NCBI GenBank assembly: GCA_963840855.1
Contig: CAWJBB010000002.1
Location: 1-64,000 of the forward strand
Origin: an uncultured delta proteobacterium
Lineage (GTDB): Bacteria; Desulfobacterota; Binatia; UBA9968
Direction: 5' to 3'
DNA: 64,000 nt
The notes beneath the pieces were generated by a model, which saw only the letters and a program-made list of their open reading frames with translations, was not told the origin of the DNA and did no database searches. Position numbers and translations under genes: made by a program. This document shows, piece by piece, positions 59,387 through 64,000 of this stretch. Position 1 is the stretch's first letter. The number at the start of each line of letters is the position of its first letter.

Positions 59387-60982
59387 ATGGGAAGCGTTAC
59401 GAGTCCTGTCAGGCGAGGGCTGCAAATTGCATTGATAGCGTTCGCGCTTCTGATTCTGCTTGGATTGCTCGCGGCCTCTGGCTATGGCCTACGGCCCGAC
59501 TCCACGGCAATCGCAGCAAGTACAAATTCACCCGTCGTCGCTCAAGCCACCAAGCCAAAGGCAATACCGGCGCCGCTCAAGCTGCTCAAGGTCGACCCGG
59601 TTAAAGGCTATGTCGGAGACTCTTTTACGGTCAAGGGGGAGGGGCTGGCGTTAGGCAAGAACGTCGAGTTTTTCTGGGCCACCGCCGACGCCGCTTATTT
59701 GACCAAGGTGCTGGCTGACAACGTCGAGTACCACGAGCGCAAGTACGAAGAAAAACGCGTGCGCATAGGTAGCGCACCGGTCGATGCCCAGGGCAGAGTC
59801 AGCGTGATTTTCACTGCACCGGAGGACTTTGGCGAGGTACATGATCTGTACGCTGTCGTAGAAGGGCAGGATGTGGCCCGCGGCGGTTTCCGCATTCTCC
59901 GCAGCGCGATGATCACCCCTACTGAAGGCCCTGTGGGAACACCGATCACCGTGGCCGTTAAGGGGCTCAGCTGGAGAGGATTCGAGCAATTCATGGCGCT
60001 GCGCTACGACAACAAATACACCGGCGAAATGTCGGCAGTGACAACTAAGGGGAGCGCTGTCTTTCAAATCCGTGCCGCAGGACCTCCCGGCAAGCACATC
60101 ATTCAGCTCAATAACAGCACCGCCTATGCGCCCGGAGCCTATCTCAACACCCAGCAATCGCCGCAGGATTACATTTACGCTCACCTCGACAACAAACAAG
60201 AGTTTCGTTTTGCCTTCAACGTCACCAAGGATGCCGGTCCCCCGCCCGACCTTCTTCAGTGGCCGGACAGCGAGCGCGTCGCTCGACTTAACAGCCATGC
60301 GCCGCGGACGACCATCAGCATGAAAGCGCCGTCCTCCGGTTCTGCGACATTAAATCCCGCTTCGGGACCCGTTCTCTCACAAACTACTTTGCGAGCCATC
60401 GGTCTCCCTCCTAATGCGGAAGTCGGTCTATTCTTTGTTACCGCCCGGGGGAACCGCATGACACCAAGCGGTTGGAACCTGCAAAGCATGCCGCTTTCGA
60501 CGAAAACAACCAAGCCGGACGGCTCGCTGACTGCCACCATTCAGATTCCGGATGATTTGGGCGGCTGGCACGCGGTGAAACTGGTGGCGCGCGATCAGGT
60601 GTTGATGGAGATTCCGTATTATGTCGAGCACAGCCTCGTGACTGTAAACCCGAAGCGCGTGAAGGTCGGCGAGACCTTCACCGTGCAGATCAAGGGCGTC
60701 GGTTGGACCGAACTGGACAACACCGTCGCCGTGACGTACGACAACGCCGCCATGGGCTATGCCTGCGGTTTTAACAGCAACGGCGATGTCACCATCAACC
60801 TCGTAGCCACGGGCCATCCAGGGACCCATTTAATCGATATGTATCCGGCTATCTACAAAGGCAGGGACCGAGTGCCGTGGAATTACCAGACGCCGTTTCT
60901 AACCTTCAGCCGCGATTTTCCCGCCTTGTCTCTGGGCTACCGTCTACCGGCGTATCGCCTGGCAGTTGAGGTTATTGAATAG
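59387..60982 (+). CDS. Hypothetical membrane-anchored protein with repeated Ig/IPT-like domains
   Basis: N-terminal TM; repeats 'P.KG.VG..FTV.G.G', 'PEDFGEVH/PDDLGGWH', 'YDN', 'G.PG.H.I'. Confidence 0.8.
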   Translation: MGSVTSPVRRGLQIALIAFALLILLGLLAASGYGLRPDSTAIAASTNSPVVAQATKPKAIPAPLKLLKVDPVKGYVGDSFTVKGEGLALGKNVEFFWATADAAYLTKVLADNVEYHERKYEEKRVRIGSAPVDAQGRVSVIFTAPEDFGEVHDLYAVVEGQDVARGGFRILRSAMITPTEGPVGTPITVAVKGLSWRGFEQFMALRYDNKYTGEMSAVTTKGSAVFQIRAAGPPGKHIIQLNNSTAYAPGAYLNTQQSPQDYIYAHLDNKQEFRFAFNVTKDAGPPPDLLQWPDSERVARLNSHAPRTTISMKAPSSGSATLNPASGPVLSQTTLRAIGLPPNAEVGLFFVTARGNRMTPSGWNLQSMPLSTKTTKPDGSLTATIQIPDDLGGWHAVKLVARDQVLMEIPYYVEHSLVTVNPKRVKVGETFTVQIKGVGWTELDNTVAVTYDNAAMGYACGFNSNGDVTINLVATGHPGTHLIDMYPAIYKGRDRVPWNYQTPFLTFSRDFPALSLGYRLPAYRLAVEVIE

Positions 60983-61170
60983 CGCCGTAAGTTCAGACGG
61001 CCAAGCGAAAACCGCCGGATTGCAGTTAAACTCAGGTATCGGCCCACCAAAACAGGACCGTCATGGACTGCGGTGCGGGAGAATGAACGATCAAATTTTT
61101 CGGACTGGCCACGAAAATATGACACGGCTGAAATCAAATTCTCGCGCTGCTAAAAGGAAAGATTTTCACA

Positions 61171-62034
61171 ATGAAAAAAGTCGTGGTCACGGGCGGGAGC
61201 GGCAGACTTGGACAGTTCGTCATCCGCGAGCTGCTCGCGCACGGATATCAAGTTCTTAGCCTCGACAGAGTTCCGCCGCGGGAAAAGTTGTGTCCGAGCT
61301 GGATTGCCGATCTGCGTAATCCAGGCGATCTCTTCGAGTCGCTCAAGGAGGCGCACGGCATCATTCATCTGGGCGCTTATCAGGCGCCCAATCTCGCGGC
61401 GGATGCGGAAACCTTCGGCAACAACGTGACGTCAACCTATAATGTGTTGCGCGCCGCCGCCGATTCAAGGGTGAAAAAGGTCGTCGTCGCCTCGAGCACC
61501 GCGGCATTCGGTTTCATCTATGCGAAAAATCTCTGGGCGCCCGACTATTTGCCGCTCGATGAAAATCATCCTTCGAAACCTCGGGACTCCTACGGTCTTT
61601 CCAAAGTCGTCGGCGAGCAGATTGCCGATTCCATAGTGACGGTCCAAAAAGCGATGACCATCGCCAGCCTGCGCTTTCCCGGAGTCAACTTCGATCTTTC
61701 CTATGAGAGCTTTAGAGATCGCTGGCGCAACCCGGCGACGCGGGCGAGCGGCTTCTGGACCTATATCGATGCCCGCGATGCGGCGGAGACCTGCCGGCTG
61801 GCGCTGGAGGCGAAGTTTCACGGGCATGAAGTGTTTATCGCGTCGGCGCCATTGAATTGCATGATCCAACCGACCCGCGAGCTGGTCGGAAAGTACTTGC
61901 CCAGAGGCGCAAAAATAAGAAAAGTTTCGGGCACCCACTGGAGTTGCGTGGACTCCGCGAAAGCGCGCCGCGTGCTTGGTTTCAAGCCGAAGCATATCTG
62001 GCAAGATTATCTGAAAGAAAATATTGGACAGTGA
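61171..62034 (+). CDS. NAD-dependent epimerase/dehydratase
   Basis: TGGSGRLG, YGLSK, YIDARD. Confidence 0.92.
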   Translation: MKKVVVTGGSGRLGQFVIRELLAHGYQVLSLDRVPPREKLCPSWIADLRNPGDLFESLKEAHGIIHLGAYQAPNLAADAETFGNNVTSTYNVLRAAADSRVKKVVVASSTAAFGFIYAKNLWAPDYLPLDENHPSKPRDSYGLSKVVGEQIADSIVTVQKAMTIASLRFPGVNFDLSYESFRDRWRNPATRASGFWTYIDARDAAETCRLALEAKFHGHEVFIASAPLNCMIQPTRELVGKYLPRGAKIRKVSGTHWSCVDSAKARRVLGFKPKHIWQDYLKENIGQ

Positions 62035-62044
62035 GGCTTGGGTT

Positions 62045-63064
62045 ATGCTGACCATCGATGCCGATTCGCACGTGATCGAAAACGAATCAACTTGGGATTT
62101 CATGCTCGAGTCGGAGCGGCCGTTCAAACCAAAAATCGTCGGGTCGAACAATCCCAGTGACACTTTCGACTTTTGGCTCGTCGATGGCCGGGTCATTCCG
62201 CGCAACAACGTCGGGAGAGATCTCCCCGTGGCGGCGCGCGAGATGAGCGATCTCAGCGTGCGCATCAAACATATGAATGAATTGGGCATCGATTGCCAGG
62301 TTATCTATCCCACGTTTTTTATTACGCCGGTCAGCCGCCGCCCTGATATCGATCTGGCGGTATCGCGCAGCTACAACCGCTGGATGGCGGCAATCGTCAA
62401 AACGGAACCTGACCGCTTCCGCTGGGTGGTCGTGCCGCCGCTACAAAGCTTGGAGCACCTCGCCGAAGAATTGAAGTTCGGCAAGGAAAACGGCGCCTGC
62501 GGCGTCTACATGCGCGGGTTAGAGGTCGAACGCATGCTCAGCGATCCCTATTTTTATCCATTGTATGAGCAGGCGAGCGCGTTGGATTTGCCGATCTGCG
62601 TGCATTCGGCCAACGGCGCGTTCACGACCTACGATTTTTTCGCCGACGATCCCGGATTCTCCAAGTTCAAGCTCGCGGTGATCGGCGCGTTTCACTCTTT
62701 CGTGTTCCATGGCGTGCCACAGCGTTTCCCGAAGCTGCGCATCGGGATCATCGAAGTGAGCGCGCAGTGGATTCCTTATGCCGTTCATGATCTCGCGCGG
62801 CGGTTTGCCAGGCGTGGCAGACCTTTTCCGAAGAATGTCCTGAAAGAAAACAGAATTTACGTAACTTGCCAGACCGACGATGATCTCGATCACGTCCTTG
62901 GCTACGCCGGAGATGACAACCTGGTAATCGGCACGGATTACGGCCACGCGGACAACGCGGTGGAAATCGAAGCGCTGCGAAAGCTGCGCACGGACGGGAA
63001 AATCAATGGCCGGGTGATCGACAAGATTTTGCAGGACAATCCATCCGCGTTCTACGGGCTGTAG
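62045..63064 (+). CDS. Amidohydrolase_2 family protein
   Basis: IDADSH, ICVH, GTDYGHAD. Confidence 0.9.
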   Translation: MLTIDADSHVIENESTWDFMLESERPFKPKIVGSNNPSDTFDFWLVDGRVIPRNNVGRDLPVAAREMSDLSVRIKHMNELGIDCQVIYPTFFITPVSRRPDIDLAVSRSYNRWMAAIVKTEPDRFRWVVVPPLQSLEHLAEELKFGKENGACGVYMRGLEVERMLSDPYFYPLYEQASALDLPICVHSANGAFTTYDFFADDPGFSKFKLAVIGAFHSFVFHGVPQRFPKLRIGIIEVSAQWIPYAVHDLARRFARRGRPFPKNVLKENRIYVTCQTDDDLDHVLGYAGDDNLVIGTDYGHADNAVEIEALRKLRTDGKINGRVIDKILQDNPSAFYGL

Positions 63065-63065
63065 C

Positions 63066-63184
63066 GCACGCTGCGTGTGCGGTTCAAAGTTTGACGTTCA
63101 AGGTTCAAAGTTAGGAATGGGGATCGATAGGGGCTAACACAAGGTCCGAAACGACGTTGAACATTGAACCTTGAACTTTGAACT
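63066..63184. repeat. GTTCAAN heptamer inverted repeat with terminal hairpin
   Basis: gcacgctgcgtgtgc ggttcaaagtttgacgttcaaggttcaaag ... gttgaacattgaaccttgaactttgaac. Confidence 0.8.
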
Positions 63185-63245
63185 GGTAATCCAAGCTCGG
63201 AAGGACGCTCGCTAGATTGGAAGTGGATCACTTGGGAGGACTATC

Positions 63246-64000
63246 GTGTTGAGTATTGACGCCGACGCGCATGTCATCGAATGCGAAAAGACTTGGGATT
63301 ACCTGGAAGGCGGCGACAAGCGCTACCGGCCCGTGGCGATTGCCGTCGATATGCCGTCCGGCAAGACGCAAAATTTTTGGATCATCGGTGGGCGCCTGAT
63401 CGGCGGGCGCGATAACATCGGCCAGGACACATCCAGAGAGTCGCGCGAGATGGCCAACATCGATTCGCGCTTGAAGCATATGGACCAGATCGGCACGGGA
63501 ATCCAAGTTCTTTACCCGACGCTGTTTCTCCGGCCGGTGACTGATAATCCACGTATCGAGCTGGCGCTCTGCCGTTCTTACAATCGCTGGATGGCCGATA
63601 TCTGGTCGAAAGAAAAAAAACGCCTTCGTTGGGCGGTGCAATTACCGCTGCTGAGTATGGATGAGGCGCTGGACGAGCTGCGCTGGTCGAAGGGCAACGG
63701 CGCCTGCGCAGTGTTCATGCGCGGCGTCGAAACCCATCACACGCTGCACGATCCATACTTCTTCCCGCTCTACGAAGAAGCCAGCCGGCTCAATATGCCC
63801 ATCGGCATTCATTCCGGCATCGGCAACTTCACCATCAACGAAATGCTCGGCGGCGAACCCTTCCGCGTCGCAAAACTGATCGTCATCGGCGGCTTTCATT
63901 CGATGATTCTAAACGGCATTCCGGAAAAATTTCCAAAATTGCGCATCGGCGCCATCGAAGTGGCTGCGCAGTGGGTTCCCTATATAGTCCACGATTTGAA
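63246..64000 (+). CDS. Amidohydrolase_2 family protein (partial, paralog of 62045)
   Basis: GTG start with GGAGG; LSIDADAHVIE...QVLYPTLF...SYNRWMA...IGIH; open at window end. Confidence 0.9.
   Translation, partial: MLSIDADAHVIECEKTWDYLEGGDKRYRPVAIAVDMPSGKTQNFWIIGGRLIGGRDNIGQDTSRESREMANIDSRLKHMDQIGTGIQVLYPTLFLRPVTDNPRIELALCRSYNRWMADIWSKEKKRLRWAVQLPLLSMDEALDELRWSKGNGACAVFMRGVETHHTLHDPYFFPLYEEASRLNMPIGIHSGIGNFTINEMLGGEPFRVAKLIVIGGFHSMILNGIPEKFPKLRIGAIEVAAQWVPYIVHDL

Noticed and set aside
28845-63184. CRISPR array from GTTCAA/TTGAAC repeats
   Set aside because: Units are 7-9 nt, tandem without unique 30-40 nt spacers, arranged as inverted arms; no cas genes.

Overview
64 kb of bacterial DNA, mostly about 55-60% GC by eye. 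The content (many NitT/TauT- and TctC-type solute-binding proteins, amidohydrolases, xanthine-dehydrogenase-family molybdoenzymes, dense REP-like intergenic repeats) resembles Candidatus Binatia/Binatota-type soil bacteria; this is inference only. The catabolic backbone is interrupted by several mobile elements whose ends can be read exactly. (1) Two apparently identical, oppositely oriented IS110 elements (17944-19495, 23802-25353) plus a left-end relic (16681-16731) all sit at the same target, CACCACGA-AG. Their non-coding left end carries guide-like matches to both target and donor, as expected for a bridge RNA. (2) A compact IS256-like element (37290-38389) has 27-bp TIRs and an 8-bp TSD. 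(3) An island at about 42.2-49.9 kb has two IS91/ISCR 3' ends in direct repeat around two glycosyltransferases. The most striking feature is an ORF-less group II intron (47578-48588) inserted precisely into the second oriIS. Its EBS1 and EBS2 are complementary to that origin, so it looks like a ribozyme programmed to target the rolling-circle origin of another transposon. Several single-base frameshifts (glcB, an SBP, an aspartyl protease, a compensated pair in an XDH subunit) suggest assembly indel errors. No rRNA, tRNA or CRISPR array was found.
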